A DNA stretch of 64,000 bases, taken from contig CAWDKY010000027.1 of NCBI GenBank assembly GCA_963802945.1, positions 32,001-96,000 of the forward strand. The letters are read 5' to 3'. The DNA comes from an uncultured delta proteobacterium. GTDB lineage: Bacteria; Desulfobacterota; RBG-13-43-22. The position numbers were made by a program, and so were the translations under genes. The notes beneath the pieces were generated by a model, which did no database searches, was not told where the DNA came from, and saw only the letters and a list, made by a program, of their open reading frames with translations. Numbering within the stretch: the first letter of the stretch is position 1; each line of letters opens with the position of its first letter. Below, piece after piece: positions 31,901 to 40,896 of the stretch.

Positions 31901-32659
31901 GGACAAGACCACGTCCAGTTCCCTCTTCAAGCGATCATCCAAGTGGGAAGGCCGGCCAGGGCGAAATCGATCGCGGACAGCCCCAATTCCCTCCTCGTTG
32001 CTCTTATGAATCCATTTCACCACCGTCCACCGGGTCAACCCGAACAGTTCGGCAACAGCCGTGGATTTCCACCCGGCCAAGAGCAGAAGATAACCGGCGA
32101 TCCGCATGCCGATCCAAGCTCCCGGAATTTCATCGGCCATTCGTAACAAGGTCTCTCGCGTCATCTTTGGGTGATCGAGGCTTAGAGCTTTCATGGCTTT
32201 CCTCCCAATGTGATTTTATTGGGAGTCATTATAGCATGGAATGCACATAATGTCTACTTATTTATGGCGTTAACTATAAGTAGAGAAAAACTTAAGGAAA
32301 TCTCAAGAATTATCTTCTGGAATCTGAACTTTTTTGTTGTATATGGTTTTATCTATAAAATTATTCACTCATTAGGTTCTGATAAATTAACAGAAATTGT
32401 TAAAAAAGTATGTAATGAAATTAATACTCCGGCGTCTTTCATAGTGAAACATGGTATTTTAATGTGGTACAATAAAAATTTACAACTTGATGAACTTTTA
32501 GCAAAAATTGAGGAAAAAGACCTTTCTATGATAACAGAAAGAGTTATAAATCGTTTTGTTGTTAATCATTGTGTTTTACATCCAATTAATTATAAAGACC
32601 GACAAAGAATTGAAAACAAATTAGGGATTCGTACAACAAAACTTTTAAATAGAAGTTAA
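28973..32659 (+). pseudogene. TIR domain + STAND-type NTPase protein interrupted by IS630 (849 aa when reconstructed)
   Basis: FICYSHQD..WYDRKILPG..CKKE TIR; Walker A GETLSGKT; IIDDFH; removing the IS and one TA restores ...GELSREKLK in frame; very AT-rich. Confidence 0.88.
31142..32276 (-). mobile_element. IS630-family insertion sequence, copy 1 (1135 bp)
   Basis: Terminal IRs TAGTTAACGCCATAAATAAGTAGACA / TAGTGAACGTCTTAAATAAGTGGACA; TA duplication; HTH ORF plus DDE ORF (FEDES, IDRAPWH, LPPYHPELNYQE). Confidence 0.95.
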
Positions 32660-32754
32660 TAAGTCAGAACAAAATTGGGGTCATTATTGAAAGCAGAATG
32701 AAAAGAAAATAGACCCCCGGCCTAATTAAAAAAAATGATTGTTTAAGGAACCAT

Positions 32755-34221
32755 ATGACAAGCTCCCGTCCTCATATACTTCTCGTTTCGCCCAAGCACC
32801 CTCCAGAAAATTTGATGTGGGATTGTGCATCTATTCGCAAATTTTATGGCGACTCCCAAGGTCGATCTATCAGTTCCCCTTGTTATCCTCTTGCTCTCCC
32901 TCTTATTGCAGCATTAATCAAGAGGGCACAGCCAGATATATCTTTAGACGTAGTAGATGAAGACGTAACACCCATCCCACGAGAAAAGAAATGGGATTTA
33001 GTTTGTATTTCAACCAATACATTGCAGGTCAAGAGAGCTTTTGAGTTATGCAGAGACTTTTCCAACACTGCAAAGGTCATCCTTGGAGGTTCGCATTTTT
33101 CGTTATACACAAAAATCACACTTGCGGAAGCTCAAGGTTATGCTAACAGTGTTGTCTTTGGCAAGACAGACAACATGTGGACCGGGATTCTCGATGATTT
33201 TTTAAACGGCAAACTCCAAACCGCTTACATGTCAGACCCAAATGACGCAGACGATTTTCGTAACCATGTCATTCCCGCCTTCGAGTATTTGAAAATGGAT
33301 TCATACCTTCATCGATTAATCGAAACGAGCAGAGGGTGTATAAGACGGTGTGATTTTTGCTGTGTGTCTGATAAATTACGATTTAAACCAATTGGAAATG
33401 TCATTGAAGAGATCAAGATCCTAAGGAATATTGAGCGGCAACATAATCTCCAGTTTGCATCCATCTTTTTCGCAGATAACTTACTTAATCCCACGGGAAT
33501 ACACTCTGAAAGATCAAGCCAATTGATGGAAGCCCTCATTAAGTATAAAGAGAGCCACTATTTAGGAGACAATCTGAAGTGGAGTGGCCAGGCTGACTTC
33601 TTGATTAAGGACGATGAACCTCTGATACGTCTTATGAGTAAAGCAGGAGCCCGCAGGTTGCTTATAGGCTTTGAGTCTTTTCATAATCATTTCGATAAAG
33701 GGTTGGGCCTAACTAATCCTCGTGAGCGTAAGCGTTTTTTTGCAGAGCTTATAGCAATGCTTCGTAAGCATGGAATAGAAGTAATAGCATCCTTTATTAT
33801 AGGCCATGACAACGACCCTGAAACAGTGTTTATCGAATTAAGTGAATTCATAGAAGACACTAACCTAACTTCAGTTCAAGTATTAGTATTGACGCCGTTT
33901 CCTGGAACAAAAGTCTTCAACGAGCTTTATTCGCAGGGTAGACTAATCTCTTCTGACAATGGTCACATCGATTGGACCAAATTTAATTCACTCACCTTTG
34001 TTTTCAAAACCAAAAAACTAGAAGCGAAATACAGTGAATACATAAAATTTTTGAGGAAAATTTACAACTATGAAAGAATTCTGAAGAGAGTGGATGCTAA
34101 GATGAACGAGTTTCCACTTCACGTTCGCGATGAAGTCAAGAAAAATGATTTGCTTTTTGGAAAACACTGCTCGCAGATTGCAATGACTATCGGAGGGGAA
34201 CAATATGTCGATGATTTTTGA
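32755..34221 (+). CDS. B12-binding radical SAM protein
   Basis: VILGGSH cobalamin-domain motif, TSRGCIRRCDFC, FADN, IGFES, TPFPGT. Confidence 0.92.
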   Translation: MTSSRPHILLVSPKHPPENLMWDCASIRKFYGDSQGRSISSPCYPLALPLIAALIKRAQPDISLDVVDEDVTPIPREKKWDLVCISTNTLQVKRAFELCRDFSNTAKVILGGSHFSLYTKITLAEAQGYANSVVFGKTDNMWTGILDDFLNGKLQTAYMSDPNDADDFRNHVIPAFEYLKMDSYLHRLIETSRGCIRRCDFCCVSDKLRFKPIGNVIEEIKILRNIERQHNLQFASIFFADNLLNPTGIHSERSSQLMEALIKYKESHYLGDNLKWSGQADFLIKDDEPLIRLMSKAGARRLLIGFESFHNHFDKGLGLTNPRERKRFFAELIAMLRKHGIEVIASFIIGHDNDPETVFIELSEFIEDTNLTSVQVLVLTPFPGTKVFNELYSQGRLISSDNGHIDWTKFNSLTFVFKTKKLEAKYSEYIKFLRKIYNYERILKRVDAKMNEFPLHVRDEVKKNDLLFGKHCSQIAMTIGGEQYVDDF

Positions 34222-35680
34222 CCCAAAAAAAATAGATAAAACCCAATTTAATTTATCCGTTAACATCATCAGAGATCATGAAAGTTCTCATCATGTTTGT
34301 TTTAACAAACTCTTCCCTGCCTGCCGGTACAAAAAAGACCAATTACAGGATTATAAGAGATTTCACGTGAGAGTCTACATACCGAAGAAAGCCCTCATGA
34401 ATATAAAAAAAGAAATCGAACGTGCGATAATAATGGTAAATGGCCTCGATGAAACCAAATATTTCACACTGTACGACCAACTTGGTCTCAAGTTGGCAGA
34501 ACATGGCATTGCCTCTGTTCTGATTCCTCTACCTGGCCACCTGAATAGGCATGCAGAATACCGAAATAAGGTCCCCGTATACGAAAAAAGACCAACAGCA
34601 GATTTGTTAGCGAACCCAGCAATTACAAGGCGTTTTTATTTCCAATTCATGGAAGAGTTGGATATTCTCTTAGATCACCTTACAGGGCAAGACTGTTGTG
34701 AAAGAAATGACAATTGTTTTTTCTTTAGAAGCCTTTTTGGTCCAGAAACGCGGGTTTCTATTTTGGGATACTCCATTGGCGCTTTGGCCGCTTTGGCCCA
34801 CTTCATCAAAAGAAAGGACAAATATAATTCATGCTTTGCACTAAACGGTGGCATCCAGATTAGCGATTTACGTTTCCCAGATAAATTCATAGAAAAAAGC
34901 GTATGGAAGGAGTTTACTCTCAAGCTGACAAGCTTTTGGGCGACACAGCACAAACCAACAGATTCACCAGATGAGATCATCGATGATACCCTTTTCTCTC
35001 AATTCTTTCTTGGATCTTATACGGGTCCCCTTAAGGAAATTCTTAAAGCATTATCACGTCGGATCTTGTTCGTTTTTGGAGGGAGCGACCAACTCATCCC
35101 TTTTCAGAGTCTGCAGAAGATTGAACCGGAGGAGCATGGTTTATCTATTTTAAAAATACCAGGCCTAGGCCACTTCCTCCCAAAGGAAAGAGAATGGAGT
35201 AATTGGATTGATACTCTTGTCAACCTAATTGCGAATTTTGAAGAAAATGCTGCCCATGAAATCCTTGGGTTTAAGGAACTCATCGAGACTCTTATAAAGT
35301 TGGATAGGAAACACGAATTTATTTCCAGGAACCCCGAATTTCCTTTCAATGGTGTTTTCTTTGGAACAAATATGGCCCTTGAAAAAATAGAGGACGCCAA
35401 TGTTTACCGCCTAGTACAAAAGCTGATTCAGTGTTCATCTGCATATATTTCTTCCGAGGACCTGTATTCTGAACTCAGCAGAGAAAAATCTAAGTACCTT
35501 CTCGGAAACTTGCTTGTCGAGAGCGGACATGTTCGGGAGGATCATGTTGCGGAATGCCTATTAGTCCAATCTAAATCGGGAACGGCGCTCGGTGAATTAC
35601 TTGTTTCTAAGAAGTATCTAGACGACGGAAGGCTAAACAAAGCTTTGCGGAAACAGGAGGCCTTCTACAAAGAGGGATGA
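34205..35680 (+). CDS. Alpha/beta hydrolase with C-terminal MshEN-like repeats
   Basis: GYSIG, GGSD, LGH triad; LGNLLVESGHV..LLVQ and LGELLVSKKYL..ALRKQ at 35498-35656. Confidence 0.8.
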   Translation: MSMIFDPKKIDKTQFNLSVNIIRDHESSHHVCFNKLFPACRYKKDQLQDYKRFHVRVYIPKKALMNIKKEIERAIIMVNGLDETKYFTLYDQLGLKLAEHGIASVLIPLPGHLNRHAEYRNKVPVYEKRPTADLLANPAITRRFYFQFMEELDILLDHLTGQDCCERNDNCFFFRSLFGPETRVSILGYSIGALAALAHFIKRKDKYNSCFALNGGIQISDLRFPDKFIEKSVWKEFTLKLTSFWATQHKPTDSPDEIIDDTLFSQFFLGSYTGPLKEILKALSRRILFVFGGSDQLIPFQSLQKIEPEEHGLSILKIPGLGHFLPKEREWSNWIDTLVNLIANFEENAAHEILGFKELIETLIKLDRKHEFISRNPEFPFNGVFFGTNMALEKIEDANVYRLVQKLIQCSSAYISSEDLYSELSREKSKYLLGNLLVESGHVREDHVAECLLVQSKSGTALGELLVSKKYLDDGRLNKALRKQEAFYKEG

Positions 35681-35760
35681 ACTGGTCAGCTTTTCGAAGA
35701 GGGAAATAGTGAAGAAATGGGGGACGACCTTAAATAATTGATTCCTGAGAAATAAGTCCC

Positions 35761-35841
35761 GGGGTCGAGGGTCAGGTCTTTTATTTTGGCATAATGAATT
35801 AAAGCAGAACACCGGTAATGGATAGGGATTGGGGGCTTACC
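35761..35841 (+). repeat. Left half of a ~140-bp repeat element (full copy 39726-39864)
   Basis: gggtcgagggtcaggtcttttattttgg..attaaagcagaaca.cggtaatggatagggattgggg.cttacc is shared. Confidence 0.85.
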
Positions 35842-36169
35842 TGATTTTAGGGTCAGGTCTTTTATCTTGGTGTTATTGTCAAAGGAGTCATGTCTACGTT
35901 TGACTTTTGAAACTATTTTAGATTAATTATTGATACTTCTCTTTTTCACATCAAGGATTGCGGGTTAAGATTAAAGAAATCTATAAGGGGCAAACCTTGC
36001 GCCCCGATTTACCACTTGATAAGCATTACAAATTACTCAATACGATGAGCAAATTTACTCAAAAACGACAGCAAACCTTAAGCCTTATTTTCGCCCTCCA
36101 GCTTCTATGGATTTGTAGTCAAATCTTGATCCTTGGAGGTATGGGGCTGGCCGACGTCGGTGATTCTGG

Positions 36170-36203
36170 TTGACAAAATTATAATGGTCAGTATAATGAC
36201 TAT
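36170..36203 (+). promoter_or_regulatory. TA operon promoter/operator
   Basis: TTGACA-16 nt-TATAAT; inverted repeat ATGGTCA/TGACTAT around the -10. Confidence 0.65.
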
Positions 36204-36500
36204 ATGGTAAAAAATAATGGGGGGTTAGATATGGAGATCATTCGGGAGTATATCCCAGTCACCAAGGCCAAAAGCGATCTGCTGAATTTGATTCGAAAGC
36301 TCGAAAATAGCGAAGATGCCGTTGCCATTACGAAAAACGGAACTCCAGAGGCCGTTCTGATCAGCATGAGAAAATTTAAAGGACTCCTGGAGACCATTGA
36401 TATCCTTTCCGATGAGCAGGCCATGAAAAGCATTAGAAAATCCATCCGGGAGGCCAATCGAGGAAAATGGGTTGAGTTCGATAAGGTTTTCGGGCCATGA
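36204..36500 (+). CDS. Phd/YefM antitoxin
   Basis: VTKAK..L..L, ITKNGTPEAVLIS, LLETIDILS; start may be 36231. Confidence 0.92.
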   Translation: MVKNNGGLDMEIIREYIPVTKAKSDLLNLIRKLENSEDAVAITKNGTPEAVLISMRKFKGLLETIDILSDEQAMKSIRKSIREANRGKWVEFDKVFGP

Positions 36501-36787
36501 AGGAATATCATGTTCGTTTCACTCCTGAAGCAGTTCAATGTATCTCCCGGCTGCATCCCGATCACAAGAAGATCATACGAGACGCCTTAGACCAACTGCG
36601 TCGTGAACCCTTTACCGGTGATGACTTGCAGGAGGAACTCGCCGAATTCAAATCCTTTAAGCCCAGGAGATTTCGGATCATCTATACCATTGACCAAAAC
36701 AAACGGCTTATCCAAGTCTATTATGTCGGCCTTCGTAAGGACGTTTATGACCAATTCCGGCTTCTGCTGGACAAACTAAAATCATAG
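36497..36787 (+). CDS. RelE/ParE toxin
   Basis: VRFTPEA, FRIIYTI, VGLRKDVY; ATGA overlap with the antitoxin. Confidence 0.9.
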   Translation: MKEYHVRFTPEAVQCISRLHPDHKKIIRDALDQLRREPFTGDDLQEELAEFKSFKPRRFRIIYTIDQNKRLIQVYYVGLRKDVYDQFRLLLDKLKS

Positions 36788-36863
36788 CCGCACCTTATTT
36801 CAGAAAAAGGGAACTTTCCCGGATTAAAATAAAAAGTCTTGAATTGGGGTCGGACCGGACGAA

Positions 36864-36942
36864 GAGATTGGAGTCTTACCAGACGAAGAAACTGGATTCA
36901 TAGGGAATTGTATGAAAAACTGGGGTAAAAAAGGTCTTAAAC
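36864..36942 (+). repeat. Right half of the ~140-bp repeat element
   Basis: gattggagtcttaccagacgaagaaactggattcatagg...cttaaac matches 39787-39864. Confidence 0.8.
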
Positions 36943-37055
36943 CGACCTTCTTACCCCCCAAAATAAAGCTTTTGATGCCTGTATTTCCTGAGTTTATTCT
37001 GGCTTTATTTTCCGGGGCTGAACACAAGTCCGGAGAAACCGAGCCGGAAATCGGT

Positions 37056-39518
37056 TCAATGTTCGAGAGGACGGCTGCCCTGTTCATGATCCATAATGAT
37101 ATCCTTAGCCCGCAATTCGGCTATTTCCTTTGCGTCTAATCCCAACAGTTCTCCTAAGACATAGTCATTATGCTCTCCAAGGCGCGGAGCGCACACCGCC
37201 GGTATTTCCAGACCGTCAATTCTGAACGGAGGGCCGGGGAGTTCAAGTTTCCCTATTTCAGGATGGCGGATGGTCACAAAGGCTTTTCGTTTCCTAAGAT
37301 GACGATCGGCATACATATCTTCACCATCCCTGGAAGGTGCTGCGGCCAGACCCGCCTGGCAGAATTCATTGACCATCCAATCCCGATCCCGCTGACTTAT
37401 CCAATGGCCGATGATTTCATCCAATTCCTGCTCGTGTTTTTTTCGGGAACTCATATCTGCAAAACGCAAATCTTTCGACATCTCCGGTCGGCCGATTAAT
37501 TTAGCCAGAACGGCGAATTCTTCGTCGGAGTGTATCTCCAAGGCCAGCCAGCGATCCACCCCCCAGCATCGGTAGACGTTGTGCGGTGCGAAAAAAGGAT
37601 GAGCGTTCCCGATTCGTTCCGGTATTTTTCCCGTCATTTGAAAGGCCAACAGAAATTCACCGATCAGCGAAGTGACGGCCTCGCATTGGGAGATATCGAT
37701 GAATTGTCCCTGGCCGGTCTTCCGTCGATGATGGAGAGCGATGACGGCGCTGTAGGCGGCGACCATGCTGTTCATGATATCCGCATCGGCCGAGCCATGG
37801 GTGGGATGATCATCCGGATAACCCGAGACATAAGTAAGCCCGCCAATCGATTGATGGGTTGTGGCAAATCCGAGATAATCGCTTTCAGGACCGCCTAATC
37901 CCCGGCTGGAAAGGGCCACACAGATGATATCCGGCCGTGATTTTTTTAAATCTTCGTATCCCAGACCTAATTTAGCCATGACGCCCGGACGCATGTTATC
38001 CACGATCACATCGCTGATCAAGGCCAATCTTTTGGCCAGGGCCATCCCTTCCGGCTGGCCGAGGTCGAGGGTGAGACTTTTTTTATTTTGATTGATGGTA
38101 TTATAGGCCAGGCCCTGGTTGGGCGGAAGAAGGACGGGATTTGGTTCGGGTAGGGGCCAGATTACGCCCCGCCGCGTCATATCCGATCGCCGGTGACCTT
38201 CGATCTTGATGACCTCGGCCCCAAGCTGGCCGAGAAGCATGCAGGCGTAAGGTCCGGCATAGACCCAGTTAAAATCTAAAACTCGAATCCCTTCCAGCGG
38301 AAGCTTGTCAGGGCCATCCTGGCGGATAGATTCGGGAGAGGACTTAGGACCTTTGCTCGCCTTGGCTAATGCCTTGAGAATCTCATCATTATGCTGACCC
38401 AGCAAAGGGGCGGGTCGGCTGATTTCCGGCTTTATGGAGGTCATTTTGTAGGGCCAGCCAGGATATTGCAATCGGCCAGCGATCGGATGATCCACGGGCA
38501 CAAAATAGTTTCTGGCCGCGTACTGCCGATTTTCCATCACATCTTTGGCCGTATTGACCGGTCCGTTGGGAATGCCCACTTCATCGAACATTCGACCTAA
38601 TTCATCTTTCTTATACTGCCTCATCCAGGCTTCCATTTGAGGAACGATATCCATCATATGAAAACGGCGGTAAACACGATTGTCCCACTCGTCTCCGGCG
38701 ATCCAGTCGGGTTTTCCGGCCAGTTCCCTGAAGGCCCTGAAATGATGGTCGTCGGCAGGGGCGAAAATGATATAGCCGTCGCTGGTCTGCATTCTGCCGC
38801 TGGCCGGCGGCCGGTCCGGCACGCGGGACCAGGTCGTCCTATTGTAACGATTGCCCGTTATGTTTGGAGCAACCGTAGTCATGACCACTTCCTGAAGGGA
38901 GATGTCTACGAGTTTGCCTCCGCCGGTCTTCAATCGGTTCGAAACCACGGCCAGCGTAGCCAGCGCGGCGGCGATGGCCCCGTAATAAGCGACCTGAAAT
39001 CCCCCCAGCTTGACCGGTGGACGGTCAATGTTAGGGGAACGGGTCGGCAATAGATTGCCCAATCCGCCGGCGTGGATAAGGGTTAATTCGTCTCCTTTGA
39101 CCTTAGCCCGCGGGCCTGTACGTCCATAGGGGGTTATTACGGTATAAACCAGTTCCGGGTTTAATTGGTGAATGGTTTCCCAGCCCAGTCCAAAACTCTC
39201 CAGAACGGCAGGGGTATGGTTATCAATCAAAACATCGGCCCAGAGAATAAGCTTCTTGAAGGTCTCAAGGCCCTGGGGAGAGTTCAAGGAGAGTGTAATG
39301 CCCCGCTTGTTGGTATTATTGTACAAGTACAATCCGCTGCATTCCTGATGAGATCCGCTGGTCGGAAAAGGTCCGAAGGAGCGGGCCGGATCACCTTCTG
39401 TGGTTTCAATCTTGACCACATCGGCACCCATATCCGCCATAAGCTTTCCACAGTATGGTCCGGAGACCATGGAGGCAAATTCAATAATCTTGATGTCGTT
39501 CAGCACTTTTTCAGGCAT
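37056..39518 (-). CDS. Family III (CaiB/BaiF) CoA-transferase, two fused domains
   Basis: GADVVKIE and GAEVIKIE; APLLGQHN and APRLGEHN. Confidence 0.93.
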   Translation of the reverse strand: MPEKVLNDIKIIEFASMVSGPYCGKLMADMGADVVKIETTEGDPARSFGPFPTSGSHQECSGLYLYNNTNKRGITLSLNSPQGLETFKKLILWADVLIDNHTPAVLESFGLGWETIHQLNPELVYTVITPYGRTGPRAKVKGDELTLIHAGGLGNLLPTRSPNIDRPPVKLGGFQVAYYGAIAAALATLAVVSNRLKTGGGKLVDISLQEVVMTTVAPNITGNRYNRTTWSRVPDRPPASGRMQTSDGYIIFAPADDHHFRAFRELAGKPDWIAGDEWDNRVYRRFHMMDIVPQMEAWMRQYKKDELGRMFDEVGIPNGPVNTAKDVMENRQYAARNYFVPVDHPIAGRLQYPGWPYKMTSIKPEISRPAPLLGQHNDEILKALAKASKGPKSSPESIRQDGPDKLPLEGIRVLDFNWVYAGPYACMLLGQLGAEVIKIEGHRRSDMTRRGVIWPLPEPNPVLLPPNQGLAYNTINQNKKSLTLDLGQPEGMALAKRLALISDVIVDNMRPGVMAKLGLGYEDLKKSRPDIICVALSSRGLGGPESDYLGFATTHQSIGGLTYVSGYPDDHPTHGSADADIMNSMVAAYSAVIALHHRRKTGQGQFIDISQCEAVTSLIGEFLLAFQMTGKIPERIGNAHPFFAPHNVYRCWGVDRWLALEIHSDEEFAVLAKLIGRPEMSKDLRFADMSSRKKHEQELDEIIGHWISQRDRDWMVNEFCQAGLAAAPSRDGEDMYADRHLRKRKAFVTIRHPEIGKLELPGPPFRIDGLEIPAVCAPRLGEHNDYVLGELLGLDAKEIAELRAKDIIMDHEQGSRPLEH

Positions 39519-39725
39519 AGTTTTCCGTTCCTGTTTCGAATGAATTGCAAGCAGATCTCTTATCCGGAATAAGCTCTCTGGAAGGTAATCATCCCAAGGC
39601 TATTGGTTTGATAAAGCCGCTTTTTCGTGGGAAGAATATAAAATAAAGTCAAGAGAGGATCAAGGGGAAAAATTGAAGGGAAAACCAGGTGACCAAGGGG
39701 ATGGTAGGATTAAGATTGGGGTCGT

Positions 39726-39864
39726 GGGTCGAGGGTCAGGTCTTTTATTTTGGTATAATTAAAGCAGAACATCGGTAATGGATAGGGATTGGGGTCTTAC
39801 CAGACGAAAAAACTGGATTCATAGGAAATGGTTTGATAAATGCAGGGCAAAAATGGGCTTAAAC
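39726..39864 (+). repeat. Full ~140-bp GGGTCAGGTCT-type repeat element
   Basis: Concatenates the halves seen at 35761 and 36864. Confidence 0.85.
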
Positions 39865-39896
39865 TTATTAACTTATTGGCCTGAAGACGGCCTGCG

Positions 39897-39922
39897 AAAA
39901 TAGGGACGGCTGTCCCTATTTT
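39897..39922. terminator. Bidirectional terminator / REP-like hairpin
   Basis: AAAATAGGGACGGCTGTCCCTATTTT downstream of the enoyl-CoA hydratase. Confidence 0.65.
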
Positions 39923-39940
39923 CGTTCTGACTCCGCCTTG

Positions 39941-40747
39941 TCATTTTCCCTTGAAAACAGGAGGACGTTTTTCCAAGAAGGCCTTCGATCCTTCAATATG
40001 ATCTTCTGTTTCCGCACAAACCATGAAGGCCTGGGCATGCCATTCCATATACTCGGGCATGGGCATATTCACTCCTCGGCGAACCCCCTCAATCGCTAAC
40101 TGAACAGATATGGGAGGTTTGCCGGCTATCTTATTGGCAAATTCCAGGGCTTCGCTCATCAACTGCTCATGGGGCACCACTTTGTTTACCAAACCGATCC
40201 GCTCCGCTTCCTTGGCATCGATGATGTCTGTCGTCAGGATCATTTCATAGGTCTTGGCCGTACCTATTAACCTGGGCAGCAGAATCATCGCCGCATCGGG
40301 AAGTAAGCCCACGCGCAGGAACACCTCCCCGAAACGCGCCTTTTCGGAGGCGATCCGCATATGGCACATAAGGCTCATGTCGCATCCGTAACCCACGGCC
40401 GCTCCGTTGACGGCGGCAATGGAAGGCTTATTGATTTCCACCAGGCGATGGGCGCCTCCCATGGAATGTCTTTTTCTTTGCAGGATTTGAAGGCGGGCTT
40501 GCTTTTCCCGCCGGAGGTTATCCTCCGGATCTAAAAATATGTCCCTGACATCATCTCCGGAGCAAAATCCCTTGCCCGCACCAGTCAGTACCACGACCCT
40601 GATGCGATCATCTTTCTCCACCAGGTCGATGGCCTGTTCCAGCTCTCTGTGGGTCAGTATGGTCAGGGCATTCATCCGATCAGGCCGGTTCAGGGTAATT
40701 ACGGCAACGGGCCCTTTCTCCTCGTAAAGGATCTCCTTAAATTCCAT
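39941..40747 (-). CDS. Enoyl-CoA hydratase/isomerase
   Basis: ITLNRPDRMNAL, FCSGDD, AAVNGAAVGYG, FLEKRPPVFKG. Confidence 0.93.
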   Translation of the reverse strand: MEFKEILYEEKGPVAVITLNRPDRMNALTILTHRELEQAIDLVEKDDRIRVVVLTGAGKGFCSGDDVRDIFLDPEDNLRREKQARLQILQRKRHSMGGAHRLVEINKPSIAAVNGAAVGYGCDMSLMCHMRIASEKARFGEVFLRVGLLPDAAMILLPRLIGTAKTYEMILTTDIIDAKEAERIGLVNKVVPHEQLMSEALEFANKIAGKPPISVQLAIEGVRRGVNMPMPEYMEWHAQAFMVCAETEDHIEGSKAFLEKRPPVFKGK

Positions 40748-40896
40748 ATTCTCCTCCTTATTCATTCGAAGTATGGTTAAAAGTTATTTCTTCCTCCCCA
40801 TCAAAAAAGATAACGTTGGAATAGACCTCCTGCCTGAAGGTCCCCAGGGGATAAAGAGAACAAGACCATTTCATTTTGTTTGGCTTTGAAGCAAAA

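Noticed and set aside
31183-32250. 355-aa ORF on + (and its twin at 56985-58052 on -)
   Set aside because: Antisense shadow of the IS630 transposase; no protein motifs
32210-32659. 149-aa ORF as an independent gene
   Set aside because: It is the C-terminus of TIR-STAND read from inside the IS end
35986-36006. GGGCAAACC as a c-di-GMP-I riboswitch (also at 21852)
   Set aside because: No GNRA-capped P2 or downstream GCAAAGC/P3 elements
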